A stretch of 63,634 nt of DNA, filler included, from Octopus bimaculoides (Eukaryota): NCBI RefSeq assembly GCF_001194135.2. It is 10 parts of 10 records of this genome, joined end to end, with 100 filler letters (N's around TTAATTAATTAA, not from the genome) between each part and the next. Parts side by side here need not be neighbours in the genome. Positions count along the whole stretch, not along the records: positions 49,489 to 61,165 come from NC_068986.1; positions 61,266 to 63,634 come from NC_068981.1; 8 more parts are not named here. One strand, 5' to 3'. A program made the position numbers and the translations under genes. This document shows, piece after piece, positions 51,861 to 63,634 of the stretch. The notes beneath the pieces were generated by a model that was not told the origin of the DNA, made no database searches, and saw nothing but the letters and a program-made list of their open reading frames with translations. Every line of letters starts with the position of its first letter. The stretch's first letter is position 1.

Positions 51861-52015
51861 AAGTATTCATGTTTTTGTTGCATCACAATGTGGCAACATG
51901 AACAAGTATTCGTCAGTTTCCGAAGGATGATTATGCGAGGAACTTTGCAAATGCTGCCCCCTCTGTTAATTTCTACATTGGTGGGATAAACCAAAGAACA
52001 AATGTATCTACTCGT

Positions 52016-52386
52016 GGAGTAAAGATGTCTGCCAACATAACATGGCAGTCCTGGTTTAGAACGAATGTTGCTGTAATTTAGCCCTAGGAGACATTATTTC
52101 CCGCTGGCTATACGACATGATCAGTGTATTTTCGAAAAAAGGGAATCTCGCACCTCCATTCAGCTCAAAACAATATCTGTGTATCGCGATTTCTGGGTTA
52201 TTTCTCTTCATCACAGATATTGTTTTGAGCTAAGTGGGTGGGGTGCTAAATTCCCTTGTTCGAAAATGTAAGGAGACATATCGTGTTGTGTAGCCAGCTG
52301 GAGACGATGTCAGTTGGGGCTAAATTACTGCAACATTAGTCCTAAACCAGGACTACCATGTTATGTTGGCAAATAATCTTTACTCC
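52016..52386. mobile_element. Foldback/MITE-like element with diverged inverted arms of about 165-175 bp and a 30-nt spacer
   Basis: 52016-52181 vs 52212-52386 share ggagtaaagat, gccaacataacatgg.agtcctggtttag, gtaatttagccc and agctcaaaacaatatctgtg. Confidence 0.8.
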
Positions 52387-52736
52387 AAAGTACTGTTGCT
52401 GAATATCTCTCGTTGTGAGATTTACAAATAGTCATTTTCTAATTAAAGATAACAATGTTCTCTTTATAATACTAAACGACATAGAAGTTGGTTGGTTGAA
52501 TGAATTTTCCAGTCACTCTAAACATAGTATACACAGAGAGAGGGAGAGAGAAGAAGTGAGAGAATAAAAAATGTATTACATAAAGAGTTAAAGTCGATAA
52601 ACGAACATTGGTATTCATATACACACAAACACTGAGAGAGTATGTCAAAGATGATAAAAGTTACGCTGTCGATGAACGCCGAAAACATGACACGTGCTTA
52701 AACACTAACATACGCAAGCAGTCAAGCGCGCACACA

Positions 52737-52804
<68 letters not shown>

Positions 52805-53112
52805 NNNNNNNNNNNNNNNNNNNNNNNNNNNNNNNNNNNNNNNNNNNNNNNNNNNNNNNNNNNNNNNNNNNNNNNNNNNNNNNNNNNNNNNNNNNNNNNN
52901 NNNNNNNNNNNNNNNNNNNNNNNNNNNNNNNNNNNNNNNNNNNNNNNNNNNNNNNNNNNNNNNNNNNNNNNNNNNNNNNNNNNNNNNNNNNNNNNNNNNN
53001 NNNNNNNNNNNNNNNNNNNNNNNNNNNNNNNNNNNNNNNNNNNNNNNNNNNNNNNTATATATACATGTATACACACATATATGTACATACTTACATCTAC
53101 ATGTGTATATAC

Positions 53113-53260
53113 ATGCATATCAGGGTACAGGACGTTAGAACAATAAACTACAGACAACGGAACGAACACATAGGAAAACGGAAAGCCACTTGGAATATCC
53201 CTTCATCAGCTGTCTCTATTCTATCTAGACGTTTCGAAGACAAGACAGACCGTACTCTAG
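53113..53260 (-). repeat. Short interspersed repeat with permuted HHR core (GAAACGTC ... CTGATGAAG); relative of 60984-61150
   Basis: gacgtttc at 53228-53235 and tcatcag at 53203-53209. The end motif gcatatc.gggtacaggac is shared with the 61 kb copy. Confidence 0.65.
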
Positions 53261-53311
53261 AATAGTCTCTTCCTGAGTAGTGGATCAACCCACTACACAG
53301 AGGATTCCAAG

Positions 53312-53342
<31 letters not shown>

Positions 53343-53648
53343 TATATTTTGCCAATACAGAATCATAATTTCTCAGTAATTTTTGTAAATATCTTAGAAC
53401 ATATTCTAGTTTCAATTACCGGGAAAATAACTTCTTGCGATATCTATATATACCAACCCGGCAAAACTGAAAAATAAAAATGGGAATGATTGAGTGAGAG
53501 AAAGAATGATTAAGGGAGTGTGTGAGAGTAAAATGAAGGATTGTAAAGAACAGACACACACATAAACACTGCGAGAGAGAGAGACAGAGAGAGAGAGAGA
53601 CAGAGAGAGAGAGTGAGAGAGAGAGAGTGCGCGTGTGTGTGTGTGTGT

Positions 53649-53685
<37 letters not shown>

Positions 53686-53759
53686 AAGGGGAATATTATA
53701 GAGGAAACGTGCAAAGAGATAATGTAAGAGATGGATTATGCTGTATAAGACGAAAGCAA

Positions 53760-53925
53760 AGCAGCGAGAATTATTGCGGTGTGGACGGGGATTCATGACA
53801 ATTTTGATAGTCGAAGCTCCTTCAACGATGTTTCTTGCAGCGGATGGTACACTTAGTACAAACTTAGCACTTGAGGCCAATGATTTGTACACGAACGGAA
53901 ACCGTTTGGCAAAAAGATTTATCGA
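53760..53925 (-). mobile_element. Possible hAT transposase C-terminal dimerisation-domain remnant
   Basis: KRFPFVYKSLASSAKFVLSVPSAARNIVEGASTIKIVMNPRPHRN loosely fits FP.L..LA...LS.P.SS..vER.FS..K.....R. Confidence 0.4.
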
Positions 53926-55358
53926 AATATGATTAAACAGATAGATCAGCTGTGATATTTCTCACACTTGATAAGGTCGCGTTACAACTTCTCAAAAAGT
54001 CTGAGAGTAAGAAGAAAATACAACATAGAGCAGTCAGTTAAGTTTCAATAACAGAATCACCCTTGAAAATAGCACAAACATATACGTATATAAAACTCGT
54101 ATATATACACTTATTTATGTACATGAACCCCAAAAATATAATATGTAGCATCTATCTGTCTATCCGTCTATGTATATATGTATGTGTTCGTGTGTATTTC
54201 TAAGTGCTTGCCTCTATGTGTGTGTGTGTTTTGTGTCAGTGTGTGTATACAAGATTTCGAAGTTTTCTCATATCAGACAACATGTTATATGCAGTTTATA
54301 TCGTTCACAAAACAGACTCACAACCAACATATAACGTTTTTAAGGAAGTATATCCTTCAGACGAAATTTACCTACAGTTCCAAATACCCTATAAGAGCAA
54401 TACATATACACACACACACGCACACATATGTATTTATATATACTTAGAAATATAGTCACATTGTGATACACATACATATATATTCAAATATATTTATACA
54501 TACACACGTTAGAATGTTTTGTGTGTGCGCGCGTGTGTGGTTGTGTAATTAGAATATGTTAAGCGATCAGTTTCTACGTTGATTCATTTCATCTTACAGG
54601 TGTTTCATTTTCAATGATATCTATTTTATAAAGAAATGTATACATTCTCCAATAATCAGAGATTGCATAACTAGCATCCATAAGGTTTAAGTTAAATAAT
54701 GGACATCTGTCAGCGCTATACTATTGAATAAATAGAAGTGATAAGGAAGCGAGGATAATGAAAGTGTAGAAATTTGGTAGAAGGAAAATGGATTATAAAA
54801 TTAGCATCAATTTTTGTTTAGTGTAATAAAACCAAACTGAAGGGATAAACAGAAATCAGGCAAAATTCATCGTATCGTGTGTATTTTAGGAAGTTACTCA
54901 CTTTTTTTTCTAGTAGTTTCGAACATTAGTCAGTAAACAAACTTTCACGTTAAAATATGAAAATCATGGTGGACTGGATGCGATGTTGATGTACGCAATA
55001 ATTTTCGAAATACAGAAGCATTTTTGCGCTACAGGTTTTTCAGGAACACATCATGCTTGCATTATGGAGTTTCCTGTATAAATGTCGGATGTCGGCTGTG
55101 TGTTGTATTTGTCAAAGTGCTGTGTGTGTTTCTGTATATTTATATTATGAAAGGAAGATTAGCTCGAAAATTATTAGAGACATTTATAACAAAGATATTT
55201 ATTGGTAAATTTAGGAATATTAAAAAATTCCAGAAACAAATATTGAAATATTAGGAACTTATGAGTTTGACACGAAAATAATTTGGAAGTGCCAAACTCA
55301 CAAAACTTTCAGCCTCTGAGTTATATACACACCCTCTCCCCTTCTCCGTCCCCACCTC

Positions 55359-55477
<119 letters not shown>

Positions 55478-55623
55478 CTTACTCTTCCTCCTTGACTCTC
55501 TCGTTGCTTACACGTGACCAACGGCTATCCATTTTTCTTTCTTCCACTTCCTTCATAAGACAAGACATGCTTTTACCTGTCTCTTCTTGAAGCTCGTTTT
55601 TCCAGCGTTCACCTCTTCACACT

Positions 55624-55870
55624 GTCTTGGCTTAACAGCCCTCACCGTGTATTTTTACTGTCTTATTCTTACAGTCCTGTTTTTGTTACCACTTTAACTC
55701 TCCGCAAAAAACCCCAAGTTTTATTTAATTTGCATTGCGGGAAGGATTGTTTTAACGAAGTCGCGTCTTGTCCCTACCTTTGAAACGCGGAGTAGATAAA
55801 ACAGGGGACAACTGATGAAGGGAATGTCCTTTATGTTGCCTGTCTCGTTTCTCTGTTTGTTTGTTCCTTT
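55624..55870 (+). repeat. Interspersed repeat (copy of 1-185) with permuted HHR-like halves GAAACG (55782) ... CTGATGAAG (55812)
   Basis: Alignment to the window start; both motifs are directly visible. Confidence 0.75.
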
Positions 55871-56026
55871 TGTTGTTCGAAAAAAGTTCGTTTTCTATGT
55901 TTTTGCTTTTTATGTTTTCGTTTCTCATTTTGTCTACGTTTTCTTTTAATTTTCTCTACCCATATATGCATGTATATATACATATATATCTAGGTATGTA
56001 CATGTGTATGTATATATGCATATATT

Positions 56027-56080
<54 letters not shown>

Positions 56081-56779
56081 GCGCGTGTGTGTGTATATAT
56101 ATACATACATATTTTTATATGGGCATATGAAATAGTGCAGTGATGTTTTTTTTTTCCTTAGGTGGGGGAATATTAAGAACTGACCAAAGAAGTAAATTAG
56201 ACGAATGAAGAAATTGCTTCGACAATCGGTATGCAACCATTTTAAAATTTCATCTGTAGTGTAATACTAAAACTATTTGTTATATTATTCATGGTTGTAT
56301 TTGATAGTCTAAATGAACTGTAGCCGTAAGTTTATGGCACTCTAATTTCGATAAAACTTACACATGCCAGAAAAAAAACTCCCTAACACATGGAATTTCT
56401 CCTTGTTAAAATCCTTACATTGCCTATATATATATATATAACATTTAATTATTTGGAACATCAAGCACCATCTCATCACCTATTTCTTACAAACACCCTA
56501 TTGATTGATTCTCAATAAATCAAACGTTGACATTTGATAGCTACTCATAAAACAAACCTATATTTATTAACTCACTTAAATGTTGTAATGAAATGACAGG
56601 TGATAATCAATTCCTACGCTTTATCCGTTTTATTTCATACATCATAATTTCCCAGAAGCTAGTATAACAGATTTTGTTTGTGTTTTACTAAAACCAATAT
56701 TCTCCTCTTCTGATATTCTCACAAAACATTCATGTTGTCCTTCGTAAATTAGCTACGTCGTTAGAGCTGTGAATACAAC

Positions 56780-57310
56780 GACTCAGTATAATCGTTACCA
56801 CTCTGCGTCAATTGAAGAAACGCCAGCCGATTGGACGACAGACTTTGCACACTCTCGCTTTCTCAGTCAGGTTTCGTAAAGACGGACATGCTCATTGCTT
56901 GGATGAAAATGATCTAAGGATACGACAGTATTTATCTGAAATACAAAAAGTGCAATGATGGTCATCTGAATGATGAAGTATACGACAATATATTAGCTAA
57001 CTAAAAAAAAAAAAACGCATGTAAAACTATATAAAATGAAGTTTAGGTACTGAAAGAACAATGAGGGTGTGACAGAGACTACATAGGTGAAACTAGAGAG
57101 AAAATATGACGGTATGCAGGCAACAAATCCGGGACCCCACGATTACAGTGCTTTCCGTAAGCAAACTACTAGATCAATGTCCGGCAGACATAAAACCGAA
57201 ATATCAAATCTTCCCTTTCTATCGATGGACCAGAAACACTTCAACCCAATTTAGCTTGAATAAGGAAAGCATACTCCTTTAAAAATAAAAACCACAGCTA
57301 AATATCCTTT
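56780..57310 (+). mobile_element. Penelope-like element GIY-YIG endonuclease remnant (3' end of ORF)
   Basis: Across frameshifts: KRQP...KKCND...DYIGETREKI...QQIRDPTITVLSVSKLLDQC...KYQIFPFYR...KESILL*K*KPQLN, typical of the Penelope/Poseidon GIY-YIG C-terminus. Confidence 0.8.
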
Positions 57311-57888
57311 AATAACATATTAGAAAGAAGCAAAAATCACAATTTCTCCATAAAAAAAAAAGCAACCAGATTCAATAAGCATAATTCGAAAACTTTGGTA
57401 ACAGTCTTCCTCCTGGTTTCGAAACCGCAATTCTAAATCACTATACAATAACACCATGCACCTCAAACACTAGTTGCTGACGTCACTTCTCACTAGACCA
57501 ATGGAATTTTACCTCTGAACTGAACCGATCCCTCCGGTAAGAAAAAAGAAAACAAAACAAACTTACTCCTTCAGAGAATCAACCAACCGGAACGGTTGAC
57601 GACCATTCTCTAGAGGGGAGTCAACCAAGCAAAACGCCGAACTTGAGAAAATAAAAAGAGGTTCTTTATCAAGACGACAGAACCTGTAAAATAGAAAAAA
57701 AATCCTTTCTCTTCTTTCAACTTTTCTTCTCTCTCTCTCTCTCTCTTTCTTGTCCACGAATTCTATAATAACTCAACATGACCAAACTTTTAGAAAACCA
57801 CATTTTTTTATTCTTCTCCCATCATTTTTGATATTATCTACCCCAACCATTCAATTCTGAGAACATTTAATCATTTAAAACTGTTTTC

Positions 57889-57931
<43 letters not shown>

Positions 57932-57932
<1 letters not shown>

Positions 57933-58308
57933 TCTTTACTCTTTTACTTGTTTCAGTCATTTGACTGCGGCCATGGAATAAGACTTATCCTTTGTAAGCT
58001 TAGTACTTATTCTATCGGGTCACTTTCTGCCGAACCGCCAAGTTACGGGAACGTGAACACACCAGCATCGGTTGTCAAGCGATGTTGGTGGGTGGGTGTT
58101 GGACACAAACAAACACACAGACACATACATATATATACATATATACGACGGACTTCTTCCAATTTCCGTCTACCAAATCCACTCACAAGGCTTTGGTCGG
58201 CCCGAGGCTATAGTAGAAGACACTTGCCCAAGGTGCTACGCAGTGGGACTGAACCCGGAACCATGTGGTTGGTAAGCAAGCTACTTACCACACAGCCACT
58301 CCTGTGCC
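57932..58308 (-). mobile_element. SINE family C, full length
   Basis: Reverse complement of the 26043-26450 architecture. Confidence 0.9.
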
Positions 58309-58699
58309 TATATATATATATATATATATATNNNNNNNNNNNNNNNNNNNNNNNNNNNNNNNNNNNNNNNNNNNNNNNNNNNNNNNNNNNNNNNNNNNNN
58401 NNNNNNNNNNNNNNNNNNNNNNNNNNNNNNNNNNNNNNNNNNNNNNNNNNNNNNNNNNNNNNNNNNNNNNNNNNNNNNNNNNNNNNNNNNNNNNNNNNNN
58501 NNNNNNNNNNNNNNNNNNNNNNNNNNNNNNNNNNNNNNNNNNNNNNNNNNNNNNNNNNNNNNNNNNNNNNNNNNNNNNNNNNNNNNNNNNNNNNNNNNNN
58601 NNNNNNNNNNNNNNNNNNNNATACATACATACATACATACATACATACTCGAAGACACATGTGTGTGTCTTCGTGTATGTTTATGCCACACTGACGTCT

Positions 58700-59003
58700 T
58701 GTTTGGGACATTCATCGTCCCGATCTTCAGGCCGTGAGTTCGATTCACGACGGTGCGTTGTGTCCTTCAGCAAAACATTTTATTTCACGCTGACCCGGTC
58801 CACGCAGCAAGCAAAAATTAGCTGTCAATTGAAATTCAACGGGCCACCATTTTTTACATTTTGTGTCACGCTGAGAACTACAAAGGTTACGCATGTTTGT
58901 GGAAGGAGAAACCAAATGCATCTTAATTTTCCGAGCAGGCTTAACAATAAATAAGATGAAGACAAATATCCGTCAAATGTAAATAATGTAAATAATGTAA
59001 ATA
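58700..59003 (+). mobile_element. Chimeric SINE: family B head/body joined to the 3' tail of the HHR-bearing SINE
   Basis: Family B sequence runs to gagcaggc (58940). It is followed by ttaacaataaataagatgaagacaaatatccgtcaaatgtaaataatgtaa, matching the minus-strand tail of 42186-42247. Confidence 0.75.
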
Positions 59004-59233
59004 TAGAACTCTATCATGAAAACAATTTAACAACCATAACTGACAGAACAAGTACACGAACTATTGTTTAGGTCGTGAGTTAAATGTTTAGGAATTCAAT
59101 AACGATAGTGAAAAAGAAATGAAATACAAACAGTGCGTGTGCTTATTGTCACAATATTTCGGTCACCTGAGATAGAGCTATGACTATGTGTATATGCGTG
59201 TGTATATGTGCGTGCGTATGTTTGTGCCTGTGC

Positions 59234-59270
<37 letters not shown>

Positions 59271-60464
59271 AAAGACAAAGATCGAGTTATAGGTAGAGAG
59301 ATAGGGAGAGTGTGTGTGCGAGAGTGAGAGAGAGAGAGAGAGCTGGAGAGAGAGAGAGAGCTGGAGAGAGAGAGAGANNNNNNNNNNNNNNNNNNNNNNN
59401 NNNNNNNNNNNNNNNNNNNNNNNNNNNNNNNNNNNNNNNNNNNNNNNNNNNNNNNNNNNNNNNNNNNNNNNNNNNNNNNNNNNNNNNNNNNNNNNNNNNN
59501 NNNNNNNNNNNNNNNNNNNNNNNNNNNNNNNNNNNNNNNNNNNNNNNNNNNNNNNNNNNNNNNNNNNNNNNNNNNNNNNNNNNNNNNNNNNNNNNNNNNN
59601 NNNNNNNNNNNNNNNNNNNNNNNNNNNNNNNNNNNNNNNNNNNNNNNNNNNNNNNNNNNNNNNNNNNNNNNNNNNNNNNNNNNNNNNNNNNNNNNNNNNN
59701 NNNNNNNNNNNNNTATATATACTTATACACACATTCACACACGCACATATGCTTCCTTGTACATACACATATATATATGCGTGTTGTCTTTATATAAAGG
59801 AAAACAAAATACGAAATAATTCAAGATTGAGTATTTTTATTTAATTTTCTTTTCTTTTTATTACTTTCCTTTTCTATTTCGTTTGCAAATCACACTGTCG
59901 GTGGCAATATTTTAAATTGAAAACTTCACAAAAACCGCAAGCCATCAAGGCTGTTCTCAGCAGAATATTTCAATGACGCAGACGATAAGCAGACGTCTAT
60001 GTGTTTTTCCTGTTCAAAGTATTACTACAACTTTAGTTAAATCGAGACGGGTCATCCATTGAAAACATTCAGATCTCTTGTGAAATTAAAATTCAGTCAG
60101 ATTTTAATAATAATGCAAATGAGAATCATCACTAGCATCTAATAAATACATTCTTGGTTTCTTTCTTTTTTTTTATTTTGTTACTAGCTCCTAATATTTA
60201 CCGGATTTGTGACGTCATCTTTCTTCAACAGCTGCCTTCGCTTTGCAAGAATCTGACAATTTCTTTTAATGCTGTCCGACTTCATACGACGGGTTGACCT
60301 TATCACATTTTCTTAGAGACATCATTTTATTTGCTGACGCGTCAGTTTTTATATTGGCACACGCTTACACACACACACACAAACACTCACTCAAACATAT
60401 AAATTGATATATGCATCTAAATATAAGTGTGTATGTATGTGTATGTGTGTGTGTGTATGTATGT

Positions 60465-60504
<40 letters not shown>

Positions 60505-60864
60505 ATATGCACAATGTCCAGTGGCGTGTATTTGGACAACATCAGACATGACTCAGAATACAAAGTTATTGTTTAATTGGACACGGAAGTTAAACAAAGC
60601 AGTAGTGGATCACACATAAAACATACATGCTTACATACACATACACACAGACACACAGACACGCACGTATATATATTAAACTGAGGAAGGTTTACGTAAT
60701 ACACGGATTTGCTGTTATATATTACGGAAAACAGAAACGTGCGTATTACTCCATGATCAGAACTCACATATATATGCGTGTGTGTGTATGTATATATATA
60801 TACATACATGTAAGTATATATGCATGGATGTATATATATACATACATGTATGTATATATGCATG

Positions 60865-60915
<51 letters not shown>

Positions 60916-60983
60916 AAAAGTAAATGAGTATATGCATATATACGTACAGGTATGTGCATACCGACATCCACCTGTATGTATAG

Positions 60984-61150
60984 GTGCATATCTGGGTACA
61001 GGACATTGCAAACAAACGTAGACGAGAACACACGAGCCACATAGAGAACATTCTACTTCATCAGCTACCCACGTTTTAACACCGGCGTTTCGACGAGCTT
61101 CGGGCAGGACGCAACGTTAAAACGGCTCGTCCCATGGATCGCAGATTAAA
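60984..61150 (-). repeat. Short interspersed repeat with permuted, mutated HHR core (GAAACGCC ... CTGATGAAG)
   Basis: ggcgtttc at 61084-61091 and tcatcag at 61058-61064; same layout as 53113-53260. Confidence 0.6.
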
Positions 61151-61266
61151 TCTGTATACGCAAATNNNNNNNNNNNNNNNNNNNNNNNNNNNNNNNNNNN
61201 NNNNNNNNNTTAATTAATTAANNNNNNNNNNNNNNNNNNNNNNNNNNNNNNNNNNNNNNNNNNNNG

Positions 61267-61965
61267 GCGAAGTCAACCTCGGTGAAATTTGAACTCAGAA
61301 CATGAAGACGGACAAAATACCGCTAAGCATTTTGTCCGGCGTGCTAACGATTGTCAGCTCACCACCCTGTTTAATATACCAAATACAATCTTTGTGACCT
61401 GTTTGGTAGAAGTTAAAATATTCTTATTATATGTAATAAGTGTTCGTCTGTCTTTACGTTCTGAGTTCAAATTCCGCTGAGGTCGACTTTGACTTTCATC
61501 CTTTCGAGGTTCATAAATTAAGTACCAGTTGTGTACTGGGGTCGATCTAATCGACTGGTCCCCTCCTCCAAAATTTCGGACCTTGTGCCTAGAGTAGAAA
61601 AGAATATGAATAAGTTTATTACTAAAATTAGGAATTTGTTCGCACCTCGTACAGGTAGCTGAATTGTGCGAGAGTTAGGCTGCAGGTAGAAAGGTCTTAA
61701 ATTCAATCCACAGATGAACATCATATTGGCTCCAAATTTTGGCACAAGGCCAACAATTGCGGAGAAGGGGATACATCGATTACTCGACTGATACTTTATT
61801 TTATCGATCTCCAAAGGAGACCTCGTCGGGTTCCAATCTGAGCCGCATCAACAAAGTCCACCCGCCACACTTCGTGGTACCTCATCACAGCCTCGATCCA
61901 GGACGTAAACACAAACAAAATATCGCTACACATATCGCCCGGCCTTCTAAGGATTCTGCAGGCTC
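61267..61965. mobile_element. Cluster of three family A SINE copies in alternating orientation (-, +, -)
   Basis: 61267-61358 (-), 61441-61603 (+), 61735-61965 (-, with an internal insertion). Confidence 0.75.
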
Positions 61966-62305
61966 GATGCCTCACGGTTGAATCTCATACTGATGAGGGT
62001 TTGTCTTATTCTTAAAATTCCACAAAATCGGAATTTCTAGAATGCGACTTTGATAATATCGGCGAATTATAAAATAAATATAATTATATAGAATGCAGCA
62101 GAAATACCTCCCATATTTTACCCGGCTACTGATAAGATGCTAGGGGGCGTTAGGCAAGTGGTAATGATACCTTCCTGAAGCTAATGTTTTACCATTTTGT
62201 CTCAGCACTGCTTGGGTCTGAGTGCAACACCATTTCGATGTTGAATCTTTTACCAAGCTGTAAAATTTAGTACGGTATTTTTCTTTCATTTGCTGCACCC
62301 TGTAG

Positions 62306-62359
<54 letters not shown>

Positions 62360-62622
62360 TGCGTGCGTGCGTGTGTGTGTGTGTGAATAAAAATAGGAAA
62401 ACAAGCCAACAACTGTATATTGAAAACCCATCGCTTGAAGTAAGTTGGGAGTGACGAAACAAGCTTTGTGCTATTATTGCCAGTTAGACTAGAAAGCCAT
62501 CTAACAGAACGCCAATCACTTCTTGACATTTATGCACTCGTGTTACTAAGTGCAGTGTGACGTAAGCAGGTTGCTGGTGTGCTTATGACGGCGGCAAACC
62601 TTTATTAAGATATGGCACACGC

Positions 62623-62705
<83 letters not shown>

Positions 62706-63399
62706 ATAATAAATTCATTTTTATATATCAACATTTTCTTTTTGCCTTTTTGCTTATTCCAGCCACACGTGAATATGATTTTGTGAAAGAGATCATAAAT
62801 GAACATGTTTAAAGGCATTCATTCAAGGTTATATATATATACACGCACACACGCACACATTCACGCCTACACGAAAAGTACAGCAAATTTGAGCAATGAA
62901 TGAACCCACGTTAATAAAAAAAACATTGGGATAACATAAAACGAACCGTAAAAAAGAAAAAAAAAGAATGGAGAACAATGCGACGGATTATAGATGAACA
63001 CAGTGTGGGATGAAGTTGAATACACGTGTGTGTGTGGAGGGGGGTTGCGCGAGCAGATATGTGTGTGTTTGTAATGCATACAGACAGACAGACAGACATG
63101 CATACATGCATACAGACATTGCAAACATCAAGTTTGTATTTTGCATTTATGCAGGCAATGGGATAAGAGATACGGGTAGATAATGGATAGCTATTTTCCA
63201 CCCCGGCACCATTGACTTTAACACCACTGTCACCATTCTCAGTAAAGTCACACAAAATGAGTGCCGTAATTAGCAGATTTCTTTTAGAACAGTGTTAAGA
63301 CCTGTTAATCAAAATAATTACGTTATCCTATCACCATTATATATATAAACATATGCAGAGCAAGAAATAGAGAGAGAGAGAGAGAGAGATGTAGACATG

Positions 63400-63432
<33 letters not shown>

Positions 63433-63533
63433 GTCTCCCTATATATATTTACACACACATATGCAGAGAGAGATAGAGATGTAGACATGTATTTATCTAT
63501 CTTTCTACTTCCCTCTTTCATATACCTACAAAA

Positions 63534-63570
<37 letters not shown>

Positions 63571-63634
63571 CGGGTATGTATATGTGTATATGTACATAGG
63601 TTTGCGTATATATATATATATATATATATATATA

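Noticed and set aside
61868-61892. Minus-strand TGATGAG-gtacca-CGAAG inside a SINE insertion
   Set aside because: The core deviates at C3 and A15.1 and no stem I/III is found; not called as an HHR.

Overview
This is a gappy, AT-rich and very repeat-rich eukaryotic window. The SINE families, microsatellite load and repeat style point to an octopod cephalopod (Octopus-like); this is inference, not a database result. I found no convincing intact host gene, rRNA, true tRNA gene or CRISPR array. Almost all ORF-track entries are translations of microsatellites or N-gaps. What the sequence supports: (i) dozens of tRNA-derived SINE copies from about five families; (ii) decayed Tc1/mariner transposons (at least 6 independent remnants, one with both TIRs), a possible hAT remnant and several MITE/foldback elements; (iii) non-LTR retroelement fragments (RTE x3, R4/Dong-like RLE, Tx1/L1-like); (iv) two Penelope-like (PLE) fragments, one RT and one GIY-YIG; (v) nine artificial N44-TTAATTAATTAA-N44 scaffold spacers. 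The most interesting signal is a set of hammerhead-ribozyme (HHR) core motifs (CTGATGA...GAAACGT-H). One is a canonical minimal type I HHR with a GUC triplet (17.9 kb). One is built into the 3' body of a tRNA-headed SINE (42.3 kb). Several circularly permuted core pairs lie in short repeats whose ends recur in near-perfect palindromes and inverted duplications. Together these suggest PLE-dependent, ribozyme-bearing non-autonomous elements that also seed long dsRNA hairpins. Ribozyme activity and novelty are untested. Coordinates of decayed repeats are approximate.
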